Source: Flectonema sp. DT1601 (Eukaryota). Taken from it: a DNA stretch of 64,000 nt. The stretch covers positions 372,001-436,000 of the forward strand of contig OZ025801.1 in NCBI GenBank assembly GCA_964019425.1. The letters are read 5' to 3'. The notes under the pieces are model-generated. The model made no database searches, was not told where the DNA came from, and was given only the letters and a program-made list of their open reading frames with translations. The translations under genes and the position numbers were made by a program. Within the stretch, counting starts at the first letter, position 1; every line of letters starts with the position of its first letter. Of this stretch, positions 12,701 to 25,441 are shown in pieces.

Positions 12701-15700
12701 CCCGCTTTCAGCATTGCGTTAATGACAGACATGTGAGGAGCAGAGTCGAGATATTTAGATGAAGCTGTAATTATAAATGCTTTACGAAAGACACTTGATG
12801 GATCACTATTAGAACTCGTCCCCTTAAGCCCAGGTACTATATGAAGAATCCACTCAACTACAGTAACACTTCCATGTGCTGCTGCTATCTCTAAGGCTGA
12901 CATGTTGTCATCATTCTGTTGAAGTATTATTGACATTTGATGATCAGCGCTCTCAATTTCTTGATCACCTCCGTAGGGTTTAAACTGTTGTTCAGCAACA
13001 GCTAAGACATCGTCGAGTACTGTTGTAGCATATTTATGATCTCCTTCCCATCTTGCGATTCCGTGAAGTACAGTTTCTCTCATGTGATTATCAGCCGAGA
13101 AAGGATCAGCACCCATTGATAATAAATAACCAATCACATCATCATACTTTTTATGAACTGCCAGGTGTAATGCCGTGTATGAAGACTTGTCAGGTTTCTC
13201 CAACAAAGTAGAGTCATATTCATGAATCTTTTTCACAAGTGAAAGCAAACCTGACGACACTGCCGCATGTAAAGGAGTCTCTTCAATCGCAATAACAGGA
13301 ACACCTTTTATGAATGATGATATGTCAGTTGTAGAACCTTTACTTGGGATGGTAATACAGTCACCGAATTGATATGTTAATTTATCACTTGAGTTAGAAG
13401 GATCTGATATAATGAGACCATGTTTTGATATAACGTGCCAAGTCTCAAAACCATAACCATCCATTCTGGTGATGTCAATATCGAAGTCGTGAGCGAATCC
13501 TAAAAGCTCCTCAACTGTTTGAAGATGTTTATTTGAGATGGCTTCCAGTAAAGCAGTTTTTCCAAGACCTGAATTCTGACGAGTTCCAAATAACTGCTGC
13601 ATATCGATGAGAGGGTCATCAGCATCTTCATCATCTGCTCTTATTAATTGTGATTGATAACCTTCTAATAACATTTCTACTATCTCAATGTGACCTTTCC
13701 TTGACGCAACATGTAAGGCATTTGAGTCACCAAAAGCTTCTTTCTCATCTTCCTCTAACCCTAAGGCATCTTCTGTAAGGTTATTCTCTGTTGGTATTAT
13801 CTGAATTTCCTTGTCGAGGAGATATTTTACTATTTCCGTGTTGTTAGTGTTTGCTGCTCGTAGAAGTGCGAGACCCCAATCAATAAACTGATAAGCTTTT
13901 TGATTAACTCTTCCACCAAATTCCCTAAGGATAGCAGCATGTCCATTCTCTGCAGCTGTTGCTAAGGCTGGGAGGTAAATCATTTCACTCCAACCGTAGA
14001 TGTATCCAGCTTGAGAACTAGATCCAGCCATTCCTGTTGATTGAGCGACGGAAGGTGTTTTAACAATTTTATTAGAAAGAACAGCTCGCAGAACATCAGC
14101 GTGATTAGCAGCAGCTGCTCTCATCAGAGGAGTACATCCTCTGTTGTCTTCAGAACAGAGTAAGTCAAACCATTCATTACCAGCTTTTGTTATTAAAGTT
14201 AACATAACACGTTTGAGACCAACTGTACTGGCGACATGTGCTGCTGTTTCTCCAGAAGAGTTTTTTGCTAAAATGTCGACACCGTTTTCAGAAAGTAAAT
14301 CAACGGTTTCTCCGATTCTCTCATCTAATTCAATAGCTTTAGGACCAGTTCTCTGTAACGCAAAATGAATTGGAGTATCTCCTGTTGAAGAAAGCATTAA
14401 GCTAAGTTCAGAAAATATTTCAAGTCTTCGTATGGTTCTGATGTCAAGTCTCTTAGCAGCGATGTGTAGAAGTGATGCTCCATCTATCCCTCTAACACAC
14501 ATCGCTTGTTCTTGGGCTGATTTAGTTGACAACAAATATTTAGTAACAGTCTTTCTCTGGTTGTTAACGGCAACCATTAGCGGTGTAGATCCTTGGCAAT
14601 CTACGACTAACGCTGCTTCAGGAGACTTTCTCATCATTGCTTCAACAACAGGAGCACATCCAACTTTAGCAGCTGCGTGTAATGGAGTGCTCAGTTTATA
14701 ATTCTGAACACCTGGATCAGCATCACCCAAGTCTAATAGAATGTTTACTGTTTCTAAATGAGAAGTTTTAGCTGCGGCATGCAGACACGTAGACCCAGCA
14801 GCAGCACCAGTGTCGAGACTGAGTCCTAATTTTAATATGTCTTGAATTACTGATTGAGAATGATTATTTCTCATAACTTCAAGGTGGTATCGAAGTCTTG
14901 CATTGTCTCCTTGCATACCTGCTAAGTAAAATGGAGTAGAAACTCTCTCACGCATTGCTTTTGTGAATGGTCGAGGAGCAGGTGCTAAACTAGAACTAGT
15001 TGCAACTGGAGTGACGTCAAGAATCTCTTCGTAGCCGTACACTTCAATAGTTGATACAAATAGAGAAGGAGTTGGATTTGAATCTCTTTCAGGACTGTTT
15101 AAAGAAATAGTTCTGCTGGTCGGAGGTTTTCCCAACTTTTTCCTCAACTCTTGTCTTGTCTTTGTAAGAGCCATACAGTATTGATTATCACATTCAACTT
15201 CAATTGTGTATTCAGAAGACGGAACAATTATTTTATCATCCGTATCTAATAACGCTAATTTCACTGTTTCACTTTGACCAACTAAAGCTCTGACTGCATC
15301 TCCAAGACGCTCTGTTCCAACAGCAGAAGAGGTGCTGTTTTTTTGCTTTTCCTCGATATAGTTCCATATGCTGGTGTATTCTTTACCTTTTAAAGTAAAT
15401 GGACCAGTCGTCTTTAGAGACAATGCTTTGATCTGACTGATGTCAATTGTATTTTGTAACTGATCATTTCTAATATACATTAGTATGTCACAGTAGGTGT
15501 CGTATTTTGGTTCTGCAAAGACACGTAAATTTGAAGTCTTTGTCTGCATTAGTGCTTTACGACTGGCTAAGCTGTGACCTAATAAGGCTCTGATTCCATC
15601 AACCATAATATCTGCATTGTGAATGTTGTCATGCATTTGTAAGTAAAATCTCATATTTTTATACATCTTTCCTCTGAGTTCAAAGGGAACTCCGTTAGAA

Positions 15701-18006
15701 GAACATGGAGAGAGTTCAAGTATCCCAGAGATGTCTTTTTGATTATCATTTCTGGTAGTTTTAGAAGTAATTCCTGAGGAGTCATTGATGACTATCGCTG
15801 CCGGTATCTTTAAAGTCATTACAATGCTGTCAGACATGACGGAATCTCCGTCCATTTCACCTCTTTGAATTCTCTCTTTAAGAATATGTCTGACTTGTTC
15901 AAGAGCTTTACAGTAGTCTCTGTTTTCATGACTGAGAGGGCTGCGACCTGTTTCTAAGAGGGCATTTGCAATTTTTGAATCTGTGTCTACATATTTAAGA
16001 ACGCCATCAACGTCTGATTTCTCACTAAACTGCTCAGGTGGTAATAGCATTTCAGGAAGTGGAATTCCTGTCTTTCGAGTTCGAACTCCCTCTAGAGCGA
16101 GGCAGTACTCAAGGTACTTCTCTTCGCCGTCGTTAAATTTTAATCGCTTTGATCCTGTAGCAACCAAGGAAGCAATTTTATCCTGGTCAGAATCAATGAA
16201 TCGATAAACAGCTTTTCGTAATGCCAACGGATCGTTTAAAAAGAATGAAATAATACTCTTGGGAGGATGGAGTTCAGGAGGGATTTCAATTCCAATCAAA
16301 TCAGATCGAATTGAGTGAAGAGCAACACAAAACGCTTCTGTTTCGTGATGGAGAAGACGTTTACCAGTTGAAACTAATACCATTTCCCTCATATGGTCTC
16401 CAATAATTAACCTTCTAACACTATCTTCCAACTCTAAGGGATCAAGCATACCGAGAATACTAATGTCCGGTAGTAATATTTGAGGAATTACTTGTGATAT
16501 CTCTTCTCTTATTATCATCAAAGCATTCGAGAAAGGGAAATATTCATGTCGTAGAACTGAATTCTTATCTGTTGATAACAACTGTAGCTTTGCAGCTACA
16601 GGATCTTTAGATTTTAAGAAACAATGTTCTCTAATGAGCTCGAGTAACGTAGTCATATCTTCAGAATCGTGAGGGATGTTATTTATATTATCCATTGAGT
16701 TTAGTTGAGCAAGTACTGCTTTAGGAATGTTACTAAGTCTGGAAGGAACATCTATCCTCGGTTTTAATTCCTCATTAAATTCTTTTCTAACTATTTCCAA
16801 AGCTGAACAGTACAGTGCAGCTCCCAATAATTGAGTTCCTGTTTGGGGATACCTGAGTGTTGCATCACCTGTTTCTAAGAGTACATCACGAAGCTCAGGA
16901 TGCTCTTCAAAATGAATTTTAATTTGACCAGACACAGACTCAGCAGTCATTTCTTTATGAAGGAGATCTGTAACACTTGCTGGGGGGACTCTTAATCCCT
17001 CTGGGAGGTCAACTCCTTTAACAGCTCTCCCTTTCCAATTTTTTAACTTCGTTCTCGTTGGTGATGAAGGAGCAGATTGTAATCCTACTTCACCATCATA
17101 AGCAGTAACAACAACAAGAGCTGAATATGCGTATGTTGGATTTACTATATGAACATGAGTAGCATTCTTCTTCTCATCTGTTTCTGTTCTAGTTTGTAAT
17201 AACAAACCAGAGTCACCATGTAGTGGTTCTGTTGTGGTGTTACGAGGATATTTTAGTACAAACTTTTTAGTAACGTCCATATTTTGAAAAGGTCTGATAG
17301 GACGATTTCCAACACTACAGAGGACAAACACTTCACCGATATCAGTTCCAGTCAGAACTAAGTTTGTTAATGCCATTGAAGTACAACTTGGAGGTGGAGC
17401 TACATAAATCTGAAGAACACTACCATCACCAGCATTACTCAAGGGTGTGATTGCCATCTTACCACGTGGTGTCTGTGGTGTTATCCCTCGAGGGGTTTTT
17501 GGTCCAAGAGCAGGTACTCCAGTTGCATTCATTTCTTGCTGTTGATATTGAAAAGGACCAGTACTGTGAGCACTATTCACAGATCCCCAAGTCAGCTCTC
17601 TACTCTGAGTTTGTTGTAATTGTTGAATTGGGTTCCTCTCATGACGTGGTGACTGCACAACTTTAAAAGGCCACAATGCGGTACTTCCAAATATCGAATG
17701 GTTTAAGTCGGGTAACTTTGCAGCCAGTGCTGGGACTGTTAAAGAACGTAGACCTGAAGGAACAGATTTACATTCATCAATACCAGCATCACGTTCTCTC
17801 TTTTGTCTCGAGTGATTTACTTGTGGTCCACTCTTAAACCTTTGAAGCATAAAGGATGGTGCCGTAATAGGCCCAGCCATGCTGGTCATCGATTGATGCG
17901 GTCCTAACGACGCGCTGTGACTCGCATTAACTCCTGGCCCATGTGACAGACTTTGAAAAGATCGCTCCCTTCTGAAACCCAATTTTGGGCTGCTTGGGAA
18001 TTCCAT
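6779..18006 (-). CDS. Giant polycystin-2/TRPP-like cation channel with ankyrin repeats and N-terminal NADAR-like repeats, 3,715 aa, 2 exons (18006-12534, 12453-6779)
   Basis: An 80-nt intron at 12454-12533 (GTATTA...CACAAAACAG) joins the 1860-aa and 1857-aa ORFs in frame (LTG|RLRSCQ...CYPMYS). The C-terminus has PKD-channel motifs VGSVRLRQLRV, WIDLQTRALFVEFNIYNP, YFWRDWNLVD, FGQWDF, LINVFIAVV and a coiled coil. Many ankyrin motifs (TPLHAAA, TALHLAV, GNTPLHVAA). Confidence 0.85.
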
Positions 18007-18575
18007 CGCATCTTATGTTATGGCCTGAGGAAAAAAGAAATTCGTTGAGACCTTTAGAAGTGATTTCGTAAATACCATAATCGTAATAAATATTATTACG
18101 GTACGTCAAGCGTACCGAGGGGTGTCTTTGCATCATTCCGTTGAAGGCTTTTTTCCTAACTGAAAAAAACACGAATCCGAAATGCGAATTATCAAAAGCT
18201 TTTACTTCTTTCTGTGAATACCGTGAGAGGTGCATCACTTTACTCACTCAAATGTTTCGAAGAAAGCAGGCAAATATTTTTTTGTCGCAATTTCTAATTT
18301 TTTTTTTTTTTTTTTTTTCCCCCATAAAAACGTGTTTTTGGGGACAACAAAAGATTGTAAATAGAACACAAAAAAACAGGAAACAAAACCCTCCAACAGG
18401 AAGGCATCCGCGAGAACGATGCTTACCAACGATCTGTGTTTCTGGGATAGTTGAAACAACATATCAGGTTAGAAGAAGTCAGACATTACAGCAATAGAAT
18501 ACAATACATATGAAGCTTCCTAACTACCCTAATAATTCCATTGATCTCCATTTCATATGATAAACGGATGATAAT

Positions 18576-21213
18576 TTATTTGTAACCATTTCTATTGAAG
18601 CAGGGGTACGATCTCCATATTCGATCTACTTCAGCAACGCTTACCTTATTCGATGCGTACATTGCTTTGAGATTGTTGAGATCATCTGCGAGCTCAGTCT
18701 GTTTGTTGTTAATTTAATAAAAAGGAGAAAAGATATACTGAGACCGGTTCCTCCAAATTCAAACCAATCTAAATTTGTGGTTAACTGTTCCTTTTTGTAC
18801 ATAAAATACAAATGCATAAACAACATGATGATGATTTAGGAGATAGTTCCAGATATAGTGATCACAGGTAATCTTAGTGTAGGCACCCCCGCAATTGACA
18901 CAAATACTTTACATTATAATAAATGTTTCACAGATTTCATAGTCTTAGCCTGTGCTTGCTTTAAGATTACCTTCTCCAAAAACCTGACTAACTCTTTTTT
19001 TGATACTTAATTAAAGATTATTGAGTGTGGTGAACACAGGGATTGAGAAATCTGATAAAGGGGAAATAGTCATTCGAAGGCAATGAATAGTTATTTTATC
19101 GCAGAGAAATTATCGGGGAATGAACATGTCTAGCTGCCACACTGACAATGGTTTTTAATAGGTGCCCAGGTTTGGTGGCATATTACCTAAATGGAATTTT
19201 GTCAAAGACGGATTAACAATTACTGTTGCATCCTCATCAGTACTGTGGACCGACATATTTCCCAAGTTGATTTTAGTCAGCTTTAGCAAATGGAAAATTT
19301 ACTATTTAATAAAAAACTATTGCGGGCGCCAACGCGTCAGGAACATAAAAGACATCGCAATAATACCTCTCTTGTGAAATCGTGTGTGCCCAGAAATGCA
19401 AATTCACTTTTTTTTAAATATTATAAACAAAAAAAATTAAGATAAATACCTTTTCTTCAATCTGAAGTTTCATTGAGGCGGCAGACCTCTCAAGCATTGA
19501 GAGGGCAGAGAGGACTCTACCTCGTTCTTGAAGCCATGAAATGAAACTTTGGTGATCATGATCAGATGTTAATTCCTCAGGAGCAGATGATAGTTGCATT
19601 CTAGTAAATAGTTTGTGAACATCACGTAAAGAGAAGAAACATTTAACTGCCGGGTCATCTATTGGAAGTCGCCTGCTAAATCGATTCTGAAGTCTTTCTA
19701 AAAGTGAAGCCAACCACCAAACTAATCCAACAGCAGGAACAGTCGCCATGATGTTCATATTCATTCGGTGAGTTCTTAAGATAGCAGCTACTTCTACAGC
19801 TTGTTCATCAATAGCAACTTTCGTCTTAATCACTTCAAGAATCAATGCTCTCCCTACCTCACCTCTAGCAGCGTTGAATAATGGATATTTGATCTGCTCT
19901 TCCAGAACGTTATTTACGGGTTTCCATGCTTCTGGATCATCAAATCCGTGTTTCTCAGCCGCATGAAGAGCTTCCTTATCATCAGGTGCTGTCGTTTTTA
20001 TAAAATCAATGAGCATATGTTGGAGAACGTTTCTCGAATCTTTGAGTGCGAGAAGGCTTTTTCCTTGACTTTTTCCCAAAGGAGTTGAAAGTTCGTTGTA
20101 TATATCCTTAAGGGGATCGATCACATGTGTTGCTAAGAATTCCAACCACGAAGCCGCAGTACTCTTTCCCCAGTTGGCGATTTGAGCCCATTTTCCAACA
20201 TAGTGAAGGTATCCACACAGCAATCCTGTCGCAACTCCTACACCAACTAGTTTAAGACACTGAACAGAATAATACCAATAGTACAAAGGCTTTGTTTGAG
20301 CAAGTAGACTATCTGAAAAGTCATTAGCAACATGAAGCTCATCAAGCATACTTTGAATTATATCATAATCAGTTCGTATTGGACCATTCTCAGGTGTTTG
20401 TATCTTTTTAATCATTGAGTGACACTCTCGAAGTACGTCTCCATCGATCACGGAACCATTTGTAGTAGTTGTGTTGGTACTCAACAGATCTGTGCAATTT
20501 CTTAAAAAAGTTCCCAAAAGTTTCGCATTAACTTCACCAACTCTACCAATTGCATCTCTAATTCCATCATTTTCTGATAAATCTAACAAATTGACTTCTG
20601 CTGCACAGCTGTGGACAAGTCCAGCTGCTACATCAAGAGCCTTCTCAATGATGTGCATAATCTTAACTCGTCTGTTGGCTTCGTGAGAGTTCATTAATAG
20701 CATCGGATGAAGGTCAACCCATTTCCAAAATATCACCTGCGCATATATCTTTTCTCTTACCGACAACAACACTCCGATTACTAAGTCGGAAAGTACTACT
20801 CTGGCTCTGCATAACAACACCAAAAGAGATTTTGACGTGGCTCTAACTCGTGGTAATGGCGATTGCCATACTGTTGGAAGCATCTTACCAAATGCTTTTC
20901 GTATGCTAGCAGATCTTGTAAAAACAAGTGAAGTAGTAGGTGACAGTGGCGTGTCAACTGATTCACAGTCGCTGTTAAAATTTCGAACATTTCGACGTTG
21001 GAGTCGTGCGAGTAATGTGTGCAATACTTCACTGACGTCTTTGGTTGTTCTGCTTCCTAACTTCTGAGTTAATATTTGTATTCGTCTTGCGCCTATAATC
21101 GCAACGTCATCTGAAAAACTTGCAGATGCATCCAACTCTTTTTCTATAGAATACGATAGAGTTTGCGGAGACCAAATATCTTCATCACTATTGTGGGCGG
21201 GTGTCAGAACCAT
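18576..21213 (-). CDS. NCA2/DGS1-family mitochondrial membrane protein, 628 aa, 2 exons (21213-19450, 18698-18576)
   Basis: Family-like motifs FLATHVIDPLKDIYNEL, LEEQIKYPLFNAARGEVGRALILEVIKTK and ILRTHRMNMNIMATVPA. A 751-nt intron at 18699-19449 (GTATTT...AACAACAAACAG) gives the C-terminus EEK|TELADDLNNL...VDRIWRSYPCF...K*. Confidence 0.8.
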
Positions 21214-21461
21214 GCGTTTTATAAATCAGACATCCCTGTGGTGGAATTAAAAATATGTGGAGTTAGTTGTCAGCTTGTTACAAGGCAACTGTTACATAGT
21301 AATTGTGTTTCCTATTTTAAATAAAAGCTAAACAAGACGAGGAGGTATCTCCATACTGAAATCCAACACATTATGACTGGCTTATGATGATAACACAGTA
21401 CGGGCAACTCGGGTTATGACCTCAACAAATACTATCAAGAGATCAGAGTACTTACTACTGC

Positions 21462-22153
21462 TTAGGCAACAACCTGCTGAAGGGCAGGGTTGGACATGAA
21501 TCCAAAGCTGACGGCACGTCCGGTCAACTTCTTGTAGGCAGCGGTGAAGGTGTCGATCTGTTTGTTGTTTTATAGATAAACAGTTGCATTACTGAAAGAA
21601 AATAGAAATAATAAAATGAAAGTTAGGTCACATCATTACTACTATTAAATATTCATACCTTGGAGTCGAGCTTGTTCTTGTCACGAGCATCAAGGTACAC
21701 CTTCAAGTGCTTTGATCCATCAACCAACTGTCTGATACGCTTACCACAGATGTCGTTAGGGTAGCAGATGTCGTCAAGGACGGCCTCCTGAACAGCCTTC
21801 ATGGTTCTGCTACGTGGGATTGGGCAGTGAGTAGTGGCACCAGTGGTCTGGATCTTTCTCTGGGCAACGAAGATGAACTGTCTCTGGAGCTTCTTCTCGA
21901 GGTCAGCAACCAACATCTTCTGAACCTTGTGAAGCTTTCTGATGAAACGAAGTGGGAAGAAGACAACGGCAGCGGTCTTGGTGGAGGTCACTTCGACAAC
22001 CTTCACGGAGTTGATGACGAATCCGGTGAGGGCAGACTTCACGTTCTTCGAGTTCTGCTCAGAGTCGTAGATGACCTGAGCAACCTTGGTCTCGAGCTCG
22101 GTGGCAGTCTTACGGTGAGACTTACGGATCTTGTTCATGGAAGGGGACGACAT
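21462..22153 (-). CDS. RPS7: 40S ribosomal protein S7 (eS7), copy 1, 196 aa, exons 22153-21659 and 21557-21462
   Basis: eS7 motifs (ADLEKK, FVAQRKI, PRSRTMKAV, GKRIR..VDGS, AYKKLTG). 101-nt intron at 21558-21658. Confidence 0.95.
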
Positions 22154-22401
22154 TTTGTGTGAAGTAAGTTTAACCCGAAAAAGTGGTTGGACCTGAGGGG
22201 ACAACGAAATAAAGAATAAAGCAAAATATTCAATCTAATCGTGGCTGCGACAACAAAGGATATTTTGAGAACTCGTAGCGGGGTGATGTGATTTTTCAAC
22301 ACTAACTTTGCTTTCTGGTACTTTTATGAACAAAACGTCCCTTTCAGCCGCCTGCTGCAGTTGCTTCTGTCTTCAAAATTGCGGTCCCTCATATAACATA
22401 T

Positions 22402-23134
22402 TTATGCAACAACCTGCTGAAGGGCAGGGTTGGACATGAATCCAAAGCTGACGGCACGTCCGGTCAACTTCTTGTAGGCAGCGGTGAAGGTGTCGATCTG
22501 TTTGTTGTTTGTTAGGGCTACTACATTCAACTTACAATTGGACAATCTAAGCTGAGAGACTAGGTGAGGCTTCCACTTCCTTAAAGCAGCACTTCTTAAA
22601 CTCAATAACAGAAATAAAAATTAATTATTCAATACAAACCTTGGAGTCGAGCTTGTTCTTGTCACGAGCATCAAGGTACACCTTCAAGTGCTTTGATCCA
22701 TCAACCAACTGTCTGATACGCTTACCACAGATGTCGTTAGGGTAGCAGATGTCGTCAAGGACGGCCTCCTGAACAGCCTTCATGGTTCTGCTACGTGGGA
22801 TTGGGCAGTGAGTGGTGGCACCAGTGGTCTGGATCTTTCTCTGGGCAACGAAGATGAACTGTCTCTGGAGCTTCTTCTCAAGGTCAGCAACCAACATCTT
22901 CTGAACCTTGTGAAGCTTTCTGATGAAACGAAGTGGGAAGAAGACAACGGCAGCGGTCTTGGTGGAGGTCACTTCGACAACCTTCACGGAGTTGATGACG
23001 AATCCGGTGAGGGCGGACTTCACGTTCTTCGAGTTCTGCTCAGAGTCGTAGATGACCTGAGCAACCTTGGTCTCGAGCTCGGTGGCAGTCTTACGGTGAG
23101 ACTTACGGATCTTGTTCATGGAAGGGGACGACAT
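22402..23134 (-). CDS. RPS7: 40S ribosomal protein S7, copy 2, exons 23134-22640 and 22497-22402
   Basis: Same protein as copy 1. 142-nt intron at 22498-22639 (GTTTGT...ACAAACAG). Confidence 0.95.
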
Positions 23135-23625
23135 TTTTATTTGTTAAATTGATAACTGTGTGAAACAAAACACATTTTATTCACAACAGAAGACATCATA
23201 AGCAGCACTAAATGCCAGCAAATCCTTAACAACTTCCGACAGCTTGTGATGGACGCTACTCCCAGACCTCCCCTACTCCAACATATCCTTCAGACTCTGT
23301 GATGCTACCAGATGGTCCCTTCGTGGAATGGGCAGCACCCGTGGAGGTAGTGCCGAAAGTATATTATTCAAGGATCACCTGCAGTAGAATAGAAGATTTC
23401 AACAAACTAACTAACGAACTAATACTCTTCTCGATCGATAAAAGGTTTGATACCGTCACGAGATACCGTCACGATGGGCTAATTCACGGAGAGAAAAAAA
23501 GAAGAGGAAAGCGAGCCTTTCCAAAAAAAATAAAAAAAGGAAAACATAAGCAACGGATGATTATAAGATACGTAAATAATAACAACACTTTTTATTCTTT
23601 CTCTCAACTTCCTTGTTGTCTATTC

Positions 23626-24288
23626 TTAGGCAACAACCTGCTGAAGGGCAGGGTTGGACATGAATCCAAAGCTGACGGCACGTCCGGTCAACTTCTTGTA
23701 GGCAGCGGTGAAGGTGTCGATCTGTTTGTTTATAAATATTAGTTTACTTAAGCCCTTGAAAGGAATAGAGTTTAAATTAACTTATTGACATACCTTGGAG
23801 TCGAGCTTGTTCTTGTCACGAGCATCAAGGTACACCTTCAAGTGCTTTGATCCATCAACCAACTGTCTGATACGCTTACCACAGATGTCGTTAGGGTAGC
23901 AGATGTCGTCAAGGACGGCCTCCTGAACAGCCTTCATGGTTCTGCTACGTGGGATTGGGCAGTGAGTGGTGGCACCAGTGGTCTGGATCTTTCTCTGGGC
24001 AACGAAGATGAACTGTCTCTGAAGTTTCTTCTCAAGGTCAGCAACCAACATCTTCTGAACCTTGTGAAGCTTTCTGATGAAACGAAGTGGGAAGAAGACA
24101 ACGGCAGCGGTCTTGGTGGAGGTCACTTCGACAACCTTCACGGAGTTGATGACGAATCCGGTGAGGGCAGACTTCACGTTCTTCGAGTTCTGCTCAGAGT
24201 CGTAGATGACCTGAGCAACCTTGGTCTCGAGCTCGGTGGCAGTCTTACGGTGAGACTTACGGATCTTGTTCATGGAAGGGGACGACAT
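23626..24288 (-). CDS. RPS7: 40S ribosomal protein S7, copy 3, exons 24288-23794 and 23721-23626
   Basis: Same protein. 72-nt intron at 23722-23793 (GTATGT...ACAAACAG). Confidence 0.95.
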
Positions 24289-24604
24289 TTTTATTTGTTA
24301 AATTGATAACTGTTTCGGAAACGAAAGATAACATCCCACACATTACCCTCAACAACAATCGGCAACGTTCCGATAAAAGCCTAACATGAGTGTTGCCAAG
24401 TCGATAGCCTGTGTCGAGAAGAAATATTTTCAAACTGGCCTAACCTGATTGATAACATGAAGAGATCACAATGCCCTCAGTTTTTTTTTTTTTTCTTGTT
24501 TTTTTTAAACTTTTTTTTTTTTTGAAAATTCACTATCTTTTGCTTCTTACAACAATGGATAAAAAGCAATCACTGAGCCTGAATTAAAAATGTCACGACA
24601 CCGC

Positions 24605-25296
24605 TTAGGCAACAACCTGCTGAAGGGCAGGGTTGGACATGAATCCAAAGCTGACGGCACGTCCGGTCAACTTCTTGTAGGCAGCGGTGAAGGTGTCGAT
24701 CTGTTTGTTGTTTTATAGATAAACAGTTGCATTACTGAAAGAAAATAGAAATAATAAAATGAAAGTTAGGTCACATCATTACTACTATTAAATATTCATA
24801 CCTTGGAGTCGAGCTTGTTCTTGTCACGAGCATCAAGGTACACCTTCAAGTGCTTTGATCCATCAACCAACTGTCTGATACGCTTACCACAGATGTCGTT
24901 AGGGTAGCAGATGTCGTCAAGGACGGCCTCCTGAACAGCCTTCATGGTTCTGCTACGTGGGATTGGGCAGTGAGTGGTGGCACCAGTGGTCTGGATCTTT
25001 CTCTGGGCAACGAAGATGAACTGTCTCTGGAGCTTCTTCTCAAGGTCAGCAACCAACATCTTCTGAACCTTGTGAAGCTTTCTGATGAAACGAAGTGGGA
25101 AGAAGACGACGGCAGCGGTCTTGGTGGAGGTCACTTCGACAACCTTCACGGAGTTGATGACGAATCCGGTGAGGGCGGACTTCACGTTCTTCGAGTTCTG
25201 CTCAGAGTCGTAGATGACCTGAGCAACCTTGGTCTCGAGCTCGGTGGCAGTCTTACGGTGAGACTTACGGATCTTGTTCATGGAAGGGGACGACAT
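24605..25296 (-). CDS. RPS7: 40S ribosomal protein S7, copy 4, exons 25296-24802 and 24700-24605
   Basis: Same protein. The 101-nt intron at 24701-24801 is identical to that of copy 1. Confidence 0.95.
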
Positions 25297-25441
25297 TTTT
25301 AAAAGACTACTGATGTCTGAATGGGGGAAAGAAGTCAATACAAAATAAACTTTTATTAATAACACACGCAATTAAGTATTTGTTAAATCCCTAACAATAA
25401 CCATATCTGAAAACAGTACCTCCGTAAGAATGCTCTCAAAA

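Noticed and set aside
21558..21658. Possible box C/D snoRNA in the identical RPS7 introns
   Set aside because: Only an imperfect box C (ATGATGT) and no CTGA box D on the sense strand; gene conversion explains the identity.
23449..23474. 13-bp tandem duplication GATACCGTCACGA, and an 18-bp tandem at about 32942-32978
   Set aside because: Two-unit slippage duplications with no spacers; not CRISPR-like or otherwise informative.
21827..25302. Four repeated plus-strand ORFs of 110-114 aa over the RPS7 copies
   Set aside because: Antisense shadows of a codon-biased CDS, repeated only because RPS7 is repeated.
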